This document shows, one piece after another, positions 49,663 to 63,202 of a stretch of DNA of 64,000 bases. The stretch lies in assembly GCF_041956535.1 (NCBI RefSeq), contig NW_027192198.1, forward strand, positions 901,834 to 965,833, given 5' to 3'. Within the stretch, counting starts at the first letter, position 1. Every line of letters begins with the position of its first letter. A program made the translations under genes and the position numbers. The notes beneath the pieces are model-generated. The model had not been told where the DNA came from and ran no database searches. It saw nothing but the letters and a program-made list of their open reading frames with translations. This DNA is from Calcarisporiella thermophila CBS 279.70. Lineage: Eukaryota > Fungi > Calcarisporiellomycota.

Positions 49663-50441
49663 CAGATGTATTTCTTATTTTATTTTGTAGATGTGAATTA
49701 ATTATATTAGTAGTGCGACGCGTTAGACTCATATTCGTCAGCCGGAAAGTCACAAATAAGCTTATATTTCTTAAACTTCTTCGTTTAAAACCTATTTTCA
49801 GAGCCTATTCGGATTAATTAAAACATTATTGAATAATATATGTGCGTTATCTCTAACCAGCTCAATTAATGCCATTGTAACACATACAGTGTTCGCTTAC
49901 TTCAAAATCCTATTTTACCAGATATGTCCTCTCACTGGCGATACATTTTCCAAACTTGATTACAGCTCCAATTAGAGGCATGAGGGGAGATGTATTATAA
50001 ATCTATCCGGGAGTATCTGCATGGAGAGTGAAGTTCGGACTCGATTAAGATGCGTTTTATTGATCAATTATATTGACGATTTTTATTAAAGATTATTATT
50101 GCATTGCTTACTCGAGCTTCAATCCATTATCAACTCTCCATTTTGCGTTCATTCGTTATTGATTATTCAAGTAAAAAATAAGATACTTTTCGAATGTAAT
50201 CGCAGACAACAATATATGACCTTTAGTATCATTTGTGCTGACTGATAGGTGAGAATAGATGCGATTGTTCGAAACATAACTTCGTAAATTAGACATATAA
50301 AATAAAAACAGTGTGATTGATAAGAGTAGACAATAATTATTAATCTATTATAACTAGTTTCAAGTTGTACGGTGCTAGAAAAGAAGTTCTTAACCTCAGG
50401 CTCTAAGACCTTTCTGGATATCGCTCTTTTGTAACAAATAA

Positions 50442-52532
50442 ATGGATGATACGGACTCTACGCAGCCTCTCACTACCTCCATCCAAAGTCAGAATAGAAC
50501 CACGCATGTCTTCGAATCTCTTCACAACGGCACCACACAGTTACCCGGAGATAGGTTATTAATTCAGACAATCTTATATACTCAGATGCTCATTATTTTT
50601 TTTATAGAGTGAACCAACAAAATATCCATAAATGGAAGAGAAGAGCTAGTGTACAAGCAACTAATTACAATACCGACAATCAATCAACTGCATATCGATG
50701 CCGCACACAAGATATTAAAGATTATCCAAAAGTTCCAGGCAAAGCGGCGTATGAACAATCCGATAAAAATTTTGTAATATTAATGGTTTTAAGAGGCAAA
50801 ATAATAAGCTCCTAACTATTAAGCCTATTTTCGATTAGCCCGAAACCGAAGAAGAGAAACCTCGTAAAAGAACTGCGTGGCAAACCCGCCTATATTTTTT
50901 TTTCGAAGAACCTCAGGGGACGACAGTAGGCATATACCTAAGTGTATTATGTTTAGTTAGACTTACTCCTTTTCTTATGGCTATAGGCGAAATCTTTTTC
51001 ACTCCTCTCTAGCCTTTGTATACTCATTAATGTAGTAATGATATGTGTTCAAAGCCTTCCCGAACTATCGGAAGAGGGTTCAATCGAATTATTTTACCGT
51101 GTGTGGTTACCCCTCGAAATTCTTCTCGCAGCTGTATTTACCATTGAGTATTTAGGCAGACTTTTCGCAGCTGAAACCAAATTTAAGTTTATTATAAGTA
51201 TATATAATAAAAGTAATAGTTGTTTTTTGGATATATTAACAACTACATTTAATTTTAGGTCCAATGAATTTGGTTGAACTAATCTCTATTATTCCTCTGT
51301 ACATTGGGATGTTTACTTTTACAAGTAACAACTCGGTAACTATCATGTTCAAACTTAGATTTATCCTTAGATTTATAACCAAAAACTAAAATTCTTTTAT
51401 CGCACTATAGACCGCTTTACTTATCATACGTGCTCTTCGTCTTCTACAAATTCTGAAGATTTTTAAATTCACTCGATTTTCTGTTGGGGTTATAATAACG
51501 GGCCGCGTATTTGTTCGCTCCTCCGACCAAATTCTCATGGTTTCAATCTATATTCTTGCCGTTATATTATTTTCAAGTAGTCTTGTTTATTTCTGTGAGC
51601 GTGGGGTTTATAATCGAGAACGTCACAGATGGGAACGATTAAATCCAAATACTGAAGCATGGGAAATGACACCTTATCAAAGCATAATACATAGCTTCTA
51701 TTGGTGTGTTGTTACAGTAACCACGACCGGATATGGTAAGAGCATCCCGGTGTAGTTAATGATATATCCTCTAAGTAATTTTACTCATTTGCTGAAAATT
51801 GCAGGTGACCATGTTCCATTCACCCCGGTAGGAAGACTAATCGCGTCCATCACCATGTTTTGTGGTGTTATGATGTTTGCGCTCCCTACTTCTATTATTG
51901 GTAGTAATTTTATACAAGAATGGCAAGCATATACTCAGCAAATCCAAAAACCTCCCCGGCTTGGTATTGACCAGCTTACAGACCTCGAGGATATGAGAAA
52001 ACGCAACGGGTGGCAGAGCGGTGATACTTTAGTTCAAGACATTGATCCATCACTAGATGAAAAATCTACAGCCTCTTTATTACGCGAAAAAAATCGTGCG
52101 CTCTTAAAAAGTATAGAGAGTGTTCAGGAATTTCTCGCGGAGGTAAGTGGATATAATTAAGGATACTATGAAATAACCGATATCAATAACCTAATATTTC
52201 AGATATCTCCGCCTCTATTTTATCAAAAATACAAAGATCTTCAACTGAGACTTGATGTTGCGCTACAAAGAATGGCGGAGCAAGACGCTGAACTAGTTCG
52301 ACTGCGTAGCTATGTTGAACAATTGGGTTTTCCCATTGAACCTGTTGGAATACAGCGCTTGTCATATAACTTTGCGGCTCCTTCATCATCGGGAGCTCTA
52401 CCAACTAATCAAATTTTTGTTCCGCGTCAGACCCTACAGAGCAACATTCGTTTTCAGCAAGAAGATGTCCCTATCGAACTGAAAAACTATCCTTTTCTTG
52501 AGACGAAACAAGAATCGCGACAATATCCGTAA
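50442..52532 (+). CDS. Voltage-gated (Kv-type, 6TM) potassium channel, multi-exon; start codon tentative
   Basis: FTIEYLGRL (S2), S4 IRALRLLQILKIFKFTRF, SFYWCVVTVTTTGYGD selectivity filter, S6 GVMMFALPTSII, C-terminal coiled coil. Confidence 0.88.
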
Positions 52533-53747
52533 TACTAACCGCATCGTTACATTTTGATAATATGTAAACATATAAGAAGATAGATATATACAAGAGCATA
52601 CTCGGTATTTTCTTTCGATATCCATTACTGTGATTTTAGTCAGCAGTTAAACCTTGGCATATAATAAAGGTGTAGAAATGAAGGTTAAATTTTGTGTCAT
52701 TTATAATGATAGCACATCTCATTTAATCCATATTTTGACTGAAATAATATAAAAGAGTGTGTCGCGATTTTCATTAAAGAATTAAGTCAATGGTAGGAAA
52801 AAATATACTTCAACTAGGTTATAATGAGGGATTGAAAGCCTAGTTTCACGGTGATTTCTTTCATCTTATCCTAATTACTCGAGCAGCTAAAACTAGTTGA
52901 ATCTTCTGGTTCCTATAACAAAACTCCATTCTATTATGAAATGATGACGCCATACTCCTGTTTCAGTTTTTCTACAAGTGGAACATATTAAGGGACTAAT
53001 AATATATAGTAAAGTGGAAGTTAGGCGTATTAATTTTTCCTCAGTATAGGTCTAGTTCCACATTGGAAGATCGTTTTCTATTTTAACTTTGCCAAGGCAG
53101 TTTTTGCCAACTTAAATGTTGGACATTAATATATCGCGTTGGTTACCTCCTCTGTCTATGCACTAGAATACTCATCTAAATTCCGTTTTTATTAATATCT
53201 AATACTATTTCAATTTTTTTGTCGAACAATAATTTCGATATTTGAATAATGAGACTTGAATGGCAATGTGGCATATCTTATGTAACTCAATGGTTTAAAT
53301 ATTTATCTAGTGATAATGAAAAGTCTAAGAATTCATCCGAAAATTTTATGTGTCGGCGCAAACGTCCTAATGAGAAACACGTAAGTTCAGCAAGCTTGAG
53401 TAATATAGGTAATTGGATCACTTTATAACTCAACGAGTCTCTATAGCTCCAACCTCAGGCCACTTTATCGCATGAGATTGATTTGACAATTAATAGTGTG
53501 CACTTCCACGGCTTGTCACATCAAACCTCAAAGGAAAACTTCATTAACAGACTTCGGACACAAACGATATGTAAACTTACCACAAAAAAAGGGTTTTGTC
53601 GTCATGTTCTTGTGGCTAAACTATATTCGAATTTACGAAATGAGGAGCAGCGTTCTTTGAATTACGATGGAAAGACGGTTCAATGCACTGTGGTGCCAAA
53701 TGCATTTCTTTGTCATACTTGTGCAAAAGAAAATTCTGGTAGAGTAA

Positions 53748-54241
53748 TGCACCAAAACATATCCCCACGACATAATGAACCGTTGCATAGACCATTTTCT
53801 TGTATATTTCAGCTACGGGATAAACCCACTCGCCTTCCTTATGCGATGACAACTTTTGTCTTGCAATTTGATAATGATGCTCAGGATTTCGTTCAAAAGC
53901 CAGTTGATGAGCGAAAGGATGCATATTATCTACACACTTCTCCGAGACTCTTTATTCCATCTTCTTGTTTCTCGAAGAGGGCTGAATCGAGAACTTCTTT
54001 GATTTATCCTACTAATTCAACTTGCAAAGGCTCAAGTCTACCGCAGATAATCCGAAGTTCCATACCAAGCTCGATCACCGTCCAGGCATCGAATACAAAC
54101 TCTTCTCGAACCAATGCTTTGATTGAAGATGAAGATTTGCCCCTTTCAATTTTAAAGGATCAATTACACAATCTAAATGGCCCTTATAATCAATCTCTGC
54201 AGCAGTTTGTTGGGCCGCCTCTTGCGACAGTTGCCTCGTAG
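53748..54241 (+). CDS. Hypothetical Ser-rich protein; start uncertain
   Basis: 252-codon open frame in AT-rich DNA; DEDLPL-type motif near the C-terminus; no recognisable domain. Confidence 0.4.
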
Positions 54242-55010
54242 TGATAAGTTTTAAGGAAAATTGATTGCGATGTATATTCGTATAATAATTTCTACTATTT
54301 AATCAATTTCGTTACAATCAATTTCCATGTAATCCTCCACTTTACTAAACCTATAAAGTAGGTCAGAATCAATTCACAGCTCACTAAATAACTCACGCGA
54401 TAAGTATTAGAACTATCAAGATTACCTATTAGGATCACTGCTTATCGGATCGAAGGGAGGCCATCTCCTTTTACAAAATGGTTCTCATCCCGACATAATT
54501 TTTTTTTTTTTGCAGCAATATTAAATATTCTAATATCTCTCACTATCACTTCTACTTAGTTTGGAATATTGGTAGATACATTCTCTTCCCGGATTTGCAA
54601 TATTGCAATTCATTATATAAAGACGCTAGATCAAATAATAGTTTGGTATCGATGCAGCTGAAAAAATTATTTCAATCGAAATAATATGGAAGACTGAGTG
54701 ATTTAATATTTCGTTCTGGGGTTATAGGTGAAGAATAAATATCTTTGAGAAATATCAAGCTTAAATTTAAAATTGTCATTATTAATTAAAGATTTGGAGG
54801 CTAGCATTATATAAGATCAAGTTTAGTGCTATATTATAATTATTTGTCTTTCAATTTTCAAACTTACATTTAAAGAAACTTACTATAGAATCTTAGGACT
54901 TTATTCTGCTGCGCCCCTCAGTTATCAAATTTAGTATCTTAAAACGTTTACTTTGCGAAGGCTTTTCAGTTGAGTGATCTAAATCTACAGAACTGATCGA
55001 ATGGTATATT

Positions 55011-56648
55011 ATGAGTAGCGGCTTTTTCAAGGTAATAGCCAAGTCATATTGTTATATTCTTTGCTGTTAATAATGCAATGTTCCACATTAATTGCCAATA
55101 CCTTGATTTCATTGGATTCACCAATTTATTAATCCTGTCCCCTTTTTACAGGGCACTAGCGTGGATCAGGACAGTCGCTTCGGCGACAAACAGAAAAAAC
55201 TCCTGCGTACCATGTCCTTTCCTGCCGAATTCAGCAAGAAGGTTGTGCAAGTTTTCATTTCTTTATTCGATCGAATATTAATTGATCGCCTCACTTATTA
55301 GGTTGATATAAAAAAAGTAAATATGACCGTAATTAAACCTTGGATTACGAAACGAATTGTTGAGCTGCTAGGGTTCGAAGATGAAGTAGTTATAGATTTT
55401 GCGTTTGGATTGTTAGAAGAGCCGGTAAGTTTTGCATTTATTTTTCTTTCCTCCTTCAATTTTGTACATTCGGATCCCACTTCATCTTAAAAATTCTGTG
55501 CCCATCCATCTCATTTAATCTTCAAAGGAAAATATTTTGATTGGAGTCGTGTTTTCATGCAATGCTTGCAACATACGCTATTTGTTATTTATGAAAAATT
55601 AACCTGTATTTATTATTATCTCACATAGAATCCGGATCCCAGATCACTGCAAATCAACCTTCAAGGTTTCCTAGAAAAAAATGCACAACCTTTTGTGTTG
55701 GAACTTTGGCGCCTCCTTCTAGACGCTCAAGAGTCTCTTGGAGGAATTCCAACTATATTCTTAGAGCAAAAGAAGGAAGAACTACGAAAGAAAAAGGTTG
55801 GAGAATTATCAATATCTATTCTTATTTATTAATTTATTTATAAATGTTTATCCCGTAATTAGGCTGAAGAAGAGCGAATTAAGAACGAAATATTAAAAAA
55901 GCGCGAGCGAGATGGTGATCGACGTAGTCATGAGCGACGAAAGACTAGAGAAGGTCGAAGCCGATCCCAGGAAAGAGAATCACGGCGAAGGTATGACCGA
56001 AGTCCCAGGCACAGTAGCAGGCGCCATCATGATCGTAGCCCTTCGCGTGAATATAGTCGAAGTGAAAGGAGCTCACGCCGCCATCGCGACCGTAGTCGTG
56101 AGCGAACTCGGGAAAGACGGCATAGGCGCCACCGTAGTCCAATCAGGAGTAGGAGTCGTAGCAGGGATCATGACAGAAATCGTAGTAAGGATAGGAGTAG
56201 GGATCGAGGCAGGCGTCGAAGCAGGGACCGCAGTAAGAGCCGAAGTAGGAGTAGAAGTGCGAATCGTTTTAGATCGCATCGTCGAGAAAGAGATGAAAAA
56301 TTAGAGATCGAAGAGCGGCTTAATGAAAAGCCGAGAATTGACGACGTGGGAAAGGATAAAGATCCCGGAGATATTGAAGAGAAAAGGAAAAAGGAAATTC
56401 CAGCTGAAAACTCTGATGGGTATGAAAATATTCCTGATAAATGTGAACGCCGTTCGCGCTCAAGATCTCGTTCTAGATTACAAGAAGATCAAGATGAACG
56501 TAAAGAGAATCCGATTTCTGAGATGAAGCGGCGTATAGAGCGAGGTGAGGATCCCGAAGCTCCTCCATCTAAAACGGCACGCATTGAAAACGAAGAGGAC
56601 CCTGAACCCGGAGCGACAGTGGAGAGTAAATTAGAAGGCAATGATTAA
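55011..56648 (+). CDS. SRRM1: PWI-domain, RS-rich splicing factor (SRRM1/SRm160-like), 5 exons
   Basis: MSSGFFKGTS.DQDSRF, VDIKKVNMTVIKPWI, LGFEDEVVIDF, QINLQGFL, LWRLLLDAQ..GIP, followed by RS/RE repeats. Confidence 0.92.
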
Positions 56649-57703
56649 CGCTGAAAGTACATAGGATTTGATAATGAATTATTTTGTTCTTATTTGCGAT
56701 GGCTGGAATTTAATGATGTTTTCTAATAATATACTGTTTATTGAAATATGAGTGATTGCAATCGGCCTGATTGCACGCATGTGCAATAGAATTTAGGAAG
56801 GGAAGAGACTTTATGTCAATAGTATTATTTTTTTTAAAGCAATGAGATATGTTCTCCCGATCTATGAATCTTGTCATTGGTGATTTTCAATTGCCCGCTA
56901 CTATTGTTCACTATCAGCACAAAATGTGATTGTTCCTGCCTGTAGACAACTTAAGAAAATCAGTCTCCTAAATGATTGATTGATTTTCATTGACAATCTT
57001 TTTCATACCAAATAACTGGTGAAAGAAAATTGCGAGATATGATTTGGTAATGTATTTGTTTATAACTGTCTAATTCAATCCAAACGAGGAATCATTAAAA
57101 TGCAAGTTCCTGTACCAGAAGTGCGGGGTAATAAGCAAAGTTTATGAGGTACATGTTTCTCTTCGGATTGAAGGAGGGCCGTGAGATGAAACGTCATTTG
57201 CAGAGAGGATTTAACGCTATTTTTTAATCGTTATTTATTTTTTACTTCCTCTATATAGTGTTATGTGATTGAATATGGTCTAGGCACAAACAAAAATTGA
57301 TGGATGCAGGTAAAAAAATCAATGCAAGCAGAAAATATCTCCGCCTTTTGAATCGTTTGATCGCAATAATGGGATTTTATCCTTGCCAAAAACACTTTTC
57401 ATAATGTACTTTCTCCTTTGCGTTAAAATGGGAAAGAAAGGAAGAAAATCATGAGCGGATGGAATAAGATCGACTTTGCAAGCTCCACAGTGGAGAGAGA
57501 AAAAAAGTATATATACCCGCACACCCATCGTTTGAAATTTGCTCTCACTCTTCAACTCACCTGGCATCATAATCACTTTATCCTACCCTCCTTTTAGCAT
57601 TTTCAATTGCCCTTTGGGTTCACTTAGCATTCATTTCATTCTATAGCATATTCAAGCACCACATTTTTTCATAGTATTTTTCGATTCATCCCAATAATTC
57701 GAC

Positions 57704-58534
57704 ATGAAGTCTATCATCTCATTTGTCCTTTTAAGCATCGGCTTTGTTACCTTCGCTCAGGCTGCTCCATTCAAACGAGGAATTCTCGACGGATCCCTAG
57801 ATAATGTTCAGGCGGTTAAAGATCTTCATCTATTCGATACTGCCATAAATTCGGATGGACAGAAATCTGAGGTCTCGAATACCAATACGCGCGCAGATGG
57901 AAAACAAAACAACGGAAGTTTCCAACACGATAAGCGAGGGGTAGCAGATGGGAGTTTGAACAACCTCCAGGCTGTAAAAAACCTCTCCGTGCTGGACTCC
58001 CTTACGAACTCGGATCCTCAAACATCTGAGATTAATAATGCAAATACCCGCGCGGAAGGGAAGAAGAATAATTCGGCCTTCCAGCACGATAAGCGTGGCA
58101 TTGCTGACGGCAGCTTGAACAACCTTCAAATAGCTAAAAAAATTTCTCTGTTGAACACTCTCACGAATTCGGATCCTCAAGAATCAGAAAACAACAATGT
58201 GAACACTCGCGCCGATGGAAAGAAGAATAATTCAGTTTTCCAGCATGAAAAGCGTGGTGTCGCTGACGGAAGCTTGGATGATCTTCATGCGCTTGACAAT
58301 ATCAATGTTGCAACTACCAACATCAACTCAGACCCTCAATACGCAGAAAATAATAACGCAAATACCCGTGCTGATGGAAAAAAGAACAATTCTATTATCC
58401 AGCATGATCGCCGAGCTGTTTTCTTGCGACGTACTCACCGGCATCACCATGGCTCTTCGAAGCACTCATCTGGAATGAAAGGAAAAGCGACAACTGAGAC
58501 TCCCGCTGACGTCCCGGCACCAATTTCAGCTTAA
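57704..58534 (+). CDS. Secreted Kex2-processed repeat protein (4 x 53-aa Asn-rich units)
   Basis: Signal peptide, APFKR, four tandem units each ending in KR/RR (159-bp DNA repeat, 57779-58414). Confidence 0.92.
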   Translation: MKSIISFVLLSIGFVTFAQAAPFKRGILDGSLDNVQAVKDLHLFDTAINSDGQKSEVSNTNTRADGKQNNGSFQHDKRGVADGSLNNLQAVKNLSVLDSLTNSDPQTSEINNANTRAEGKKNNSAFQHDKRGIADGSLNNLQIAKKISLLNTLTNSDPQESENNNVNTRADGKKNNSVFQHEKRGVADGSLDDLHALDNINVATTNINSDPQYAENNNANTRADGKKNNSIIQHDRRAVFLRRTHRHHHGSSKHSSGMKGKATTETPADVPAPISA

Positions 58535-59533
58535 AATCTTGCATTTTTTTTTTTTTTGATTTTTTGATTTGTTTAATTCGCTTTGATACAGTTGCAGTCA
58601 AACTGTTTTAATAATTAAGGAATCTCACACTTTGATTTCTATGAAGTTAATAATACAATGTTCAGTTTCTACCCTTGTAAGGTAGAAATTCCATAATATA
58701 GGAAAATGCTTATATGAAAAAGTAATAATAAAGGTATGAAAACTTTATTGACGAATCGAAGATAAATCTTGAAATTTTATTTCTAATTGTTGACTATCTC
58801 AAACAATCTACTTCAACATAGAATGAGTATAATATTTTTTCGCACGCAAGAAGTGATATATGATCAACTTGAGATTTGTTACATCATTTTTGAAATTTCC
58901 TTTTTCTTAACCTTTAGCACGTTAAATATTCGCTCAATTTTCTGAACATCTCATCGTTGCGTTCTTTGCTGGATTAACCGTATTTATTTTCCAAAAATAT
59001 ATTTACGTTGTTTATCCGTTTATCAATTTTTCTCACGTCGATTCTTGACCGTCAAGTCAAGCTTTTCATTCTGTTAGAACGACTCCGCGTTATTTTTTAT
59101 CTACAATTTCTACAAAAGAAATGCGGTGCTTTGATGAAAATTCATTTCTCTTCGGCAAAATCGATCGACTTGGTAAGTGCGTAAAATTTTTCGTGGATCG
59201 GCTGATGAAAATGGAAAAAATTGTTAAAACGCGAGTTTCAAATCGCGTTCCAACCCAAACATATTGGAAAGGGATTCTTAGTAACGAATACGAGCCATCT
59301 ACGGGCCTAACAATATTTCAGTGAAGGGACACATTCCAATCCAAAGGAAACTGGAAAAGTATTTATTTATAAAGGTATTATTTAGAGTCTGCTTTTCCTA
59401 TTCCACAAACACAAGATACAAACACTATACCGTTCATATATTTTTTTCTTTTTTCTTCTCTTTCTGTGTTGACCATAGATTATACCTAGTCATTTAATAA
59501 CACTATATTTCTTTATCATATTTCCATTTACCT

Positions 59534-61522
59534 ATGAAATTATTCATTGGAATCTCGCTCGCGCTTTTGAGCTTCAGCGCACTAAGTTACGGCGCACCTC
59601 ACGCCCACGCCAGGAACGAGCTCCAGCCCAACCATCATCATCCAATAAGTCATGCTCATCATGGTCACAAGTTCATTCATGGCAAAATGAGAAAGATTGC
59701 AAACAACCCATCGAAGAAGAAAAACACCAAACCCAACCCAAAGTCTAAAAACAAGGGTAAACATAAGGGGAAAAAGCGTGTAGCAACGAAGGGAAAGACG
59801 AAGCCAGCTCTCAAGCAAGAGACCGATATGAAAACAATTCTCTCCCAAGAAGAACAGCAGAAGTTGGCGATCAACAGCATGGAGAATCTCCCAATGACAG
59901 ATAAAACCCGCATGGAGCTACGGGATGCGGTGGCACGTCTTGCTAAAGCGATGGAAGATATTAAGAAGGAGAACGGCCAGAATCAGACTTTCGTGCTCAA
60001 GAAGCAGCAAGCGCAACAGAATTCATCCAGTACTCCACTTAAGCAGCCACAGACTCAGTTCCCTGTTCCATTTAAGGGGCAGAGTCTCCCCACCACACTT
60101 AGTGCACCACTTAAGAAGGAGCCGAACCAGCAAGTTACTTCGAAGATTCCAGTTAATAAGACCCAGAATAACCAGGTTAAACTCCCACTTAAGAAGAGTC
60201 AGCCTAAAGGGACGATCGATCCCAAGGAAGCGCCTAGAAAGAAGGAGGACCATCAGGCATCGGTTAAAAATTCTAAGGTGCCTGCGAACAAACCGGCAAC
60301 TACTAAGCCTGCAAAACCGTATACGGAGAAGATCAAGAAGGTTTTGCCAATTCAGCCGAGACCCATAGAGTCCAAAGCCAATGCAGGAACTGGAGCACCC
60401 AACATATGGGGTTCTGATTGCGTCTGTGGTCTTGACCGTATGCATCCAAATCGACAAGTTGCCTCGTGGACCAAGCGTGATTGCGTTTGTCGCACACCCC
60501 CTGTGAAAGAGGAGCAGTATTCACCTCCTCGTATAAGGATACCCGATATTGATCCCGACTTTGATGACTATGATGACGACGACGACGACTATTCGTTCTG
60601 GAAACGTGGAGAAGACGAGGGTTCCATCTATTATACCGACGGAAATGGCATTTGCTACCAAACATTTGGAGGTCAGCACATAAAGCGTGATGCGTCCAAG
60701 TGCCGTCAGGTGGTGCGTGTATGGCCTGAAGCTCACTCTGCAGGCGATGCTACCAATGCTAATCCCGTTACAACTCTTCATCGGCGCCAGCGAGATCGTT
60801 GGATGGATTATAGGGAAGCTACGCTGGACGAGGAAGACGAGAGACGCGATCGTATCAAGGAGGCGAGCATTGACCACCGCGATAAAGTTTTAGAATATAA
60901 CGATAAGGCAAACGACAAGGCTGATGAACGGAATGACCGACTGAGGGAAACAACTTTTGATGTTATGGATATTGTGGGAGATGAAGGCGAGGAGGCAACA
61001 GATCGCAACAGGGAAGAGAGCAACGAGCATCGTGACCGTGTATTGGATGAAAAAGAGCGAATCAAAGATGACCTCGATGATTACGGCTATGTTCGACCCA
61101 ATCCTAATGCAAAATGGGCACCGTTATATAGAGCGAAGCTTGGAGAGAAAAATGTGCAGGAAATTTCTAAGGAAAATGCCCCCGCCGAAACTAAGAAAGA
61201 GTTTGACACAAAGTCGGTCGAGAAAGTTTTGAAGGTAAATCCCGATGAAATTGCCCACCCCTCTATCAGCACTGAATCACCACAAAGAGCTGCTACGGAA
61301 GCAAAAGCACAGCACCCTATCAAGAACGGAAAAGAGCCGCAAAAGATGACTGGCGGAGAAGGAGTCCATCATCATTTGGAAACACCTCAGAGGACGATGG
61401 AAGACGAAGAATCACACGAGAGGTCGGCTGAGCGCGAAAGACTTGCGCATAAGACACTTGAAGATTTGGATGATGATATAGTCTGGAGTATGAAAAAAGA
61501 TATCCTAGATAAATCTATGTAA
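59534..61522 (+). CDS. Secreted 662-aa low-complexity protein with multiple dibasic sites
   Basis: Signal peptide; His-rich, Lys-rich and Pro/Gln-rich segments; KR-flanked Cys-containing segments; acidic 11-mer-like repeats; intronless ORF. Confidence 0.85.
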   Translation: MKLFIGISLALLSFSALSYGAPHAHARNELQPNHHHPISHAHHGHKFIHGKMRKIANNPSKKKNTKPNPKSKNKGKHKGKKRVATKGKTKPALKQETDMKTILSQEEQQKLAINSMENLPMTDKTRMELRDAVARLAKAMEDIKKENGQNQTFVLKKQQAQQNSSSTPLKQPQTQFPVPFKGQSLPTTLSAPLKKEPNQQVTSKIPVNKTQNNQVKLPLKKSQPKGTIDPKEAPRKKEDHQASVKNSKVPANKPATTKPAKPYTEKIKKVLPIQPRPIESKANAGTGAPNIWGSDCVCGLDRMHPNRQVASWTKRDCVCRTPPVKEEQYSPPRIRIPDIDPDFDDYDDDDDDYSFWKRGEDEGSIYYTDGNGICYQTFGGQHIKRDASKCRQVVRVWPEAHSAGDATNANPVTTLHRRQRDRWMDYREATLDEEDERRDRIKEASIDHRDKVLEYNDKANDKADERNDRLRETTFDVMDIVGDEGEEATDRNREESNEHRDRVLDEKERIKDDLDDYGYVRPNPNAKWAPLYRAKLGEKNVQEISKENAPAETKKEFDTKSVEKVLKVNPDEIAHPSISTESPQRAATEAKAQHPIKNGKEPQKMTGGEGVHHHLETPQRTMEDEESHERSAERERLAHKTLEDLDDDIVWSMKKDILDKSM

Positions 61523-63202
61523 GGATGCCAGAATCTTGAAACTTTCTTTTATATGTTTATAATTTTATTTTCAAGATATTAATATAATATATTTTTGTTA
61601 TTTTTTTTACTTAATAATAATAATAAACTCTTTATTAATTCCCTATTGATTTATTTCAAAATCTATCTATAAGTTGGAAATCATTGTTAAAGGAGAAAAC
61701 ATCACACGTTTCCTTATCTATTAGCACCAGGTTATTAAATATTTTCATTTCCAATAAAGATCAATGATAACTTAATTTGACTTCGAAGTGATTATATTTT
61801 GACTAATTGAAAAGAATGTTTTTTGGAAAATATCTTCGATATCATTAGCACATTTCTTACAAATTTGGAACACCTACTATTTTTACAGACCAATACTGAT
61901 CCGCAGTATACCGTAGATCATCGCAGACAGCTGGATTGCGGCAAAAGGAAAGATAAATTTGAAAAGAAACTTTTAGAAAATCAAGGAAAATACGGTAGTG
62001 TAGGTTCTAGACTAGGCTCTAGACTACGATAAATTCGAAATAAATGTACACTACAGCTATAAAAAAATCCCCATTAAGGATAGACATTATTACATTGAAA
62101 TTAGCCCTCTCTAAATCCCTACTCGATCCTTATTTTCTTGGGTGTAGAAGAGAGTTGTGAATTCAGTACATTGGCCATTTCTTATAGTCGCCTGACTAAA
62201 ACTAATTATTGCATTTTGTATACTCAGTATTTCAATTCATTTCCCCTTGTGTCAAACATATTTTGATATTATTTCATACATGAGTGATTTCACACTTTGA
62301 CGCTCCAAGAGGTATAAAATCAACTTAAATGTTATATCTACTAGGTCACTTATTGTTGATACTCGCAATATATCCCAAGCTTTGCAAGCATTACCTGGCC
62401 TAAATACAATAGATGACTTCCATACTATAATTTGTCCATTAAACATCTCGACCACCCCTTGGCCGTTGAAAATTGAACCGATATTTTATAAATTTAACTT
62501 TTTGACACGGAGTATTCCATGTGAAATTCCTTTGATGCGTCGATCATAGTTTCAGGAACGGAAGGGGTACAATGTTGAGATAACAACTGATTGCAGTTAT
62601 CCATTTATGAGGAATGAAGTATGTGATCATCGTTCTCCCATCAAAAAAAAAAATAGGAATATTAGCACAGATCCTTTTAGTAAGCTATGCACCTTAGGAA
62701 TTATTGAGGTCAGTTCAAATAGTTACATACTTGCTAAATCTCCGAATCCGTTTCCATCTGCCAATGGTTTTATAGTAAACGGTGCGCCTCTCAATTGGCC
62801 ATTTCTTCTAAGTGAAAAAAGGGATATTTGCCGATTGAACCAAATTCATTAATAACGCGTCTTAGCGGCTAAGAATGTAAGCTATGAGAAACGTTTTTAA
62901 ACCCCCCTCTCACGTCCTATCCCTCTCTTTCCTTCTTTTTATTTTTCTCTCACATCTTCGACAACTGCTACCAAAACTCACAAAAATATCAACAGCTTTA
63001 TACCCCCCTTCTCTTATTCACTTATTTCCTCCATCTCCTACACTTCAAACAAAATCTTTGGAACTGGCTTTCCATTATACCTTCCTCCTCCATCACTTTA
63101 TTTCTGCTATACATTTTAAATATTTTTCTTTGCTTCCATTTTAGTGTGCTTTCAAGAAAGGTTTATCTTGTGTTCTTGAACCCCCCCAAAATTTTTCTAA
63201 GC

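Noticed and set aside
55912-56304. 130-aa Val/Gly-rich ORF
   Set aside because: Alternative frame of the RS-repeat exon of the PWI gene
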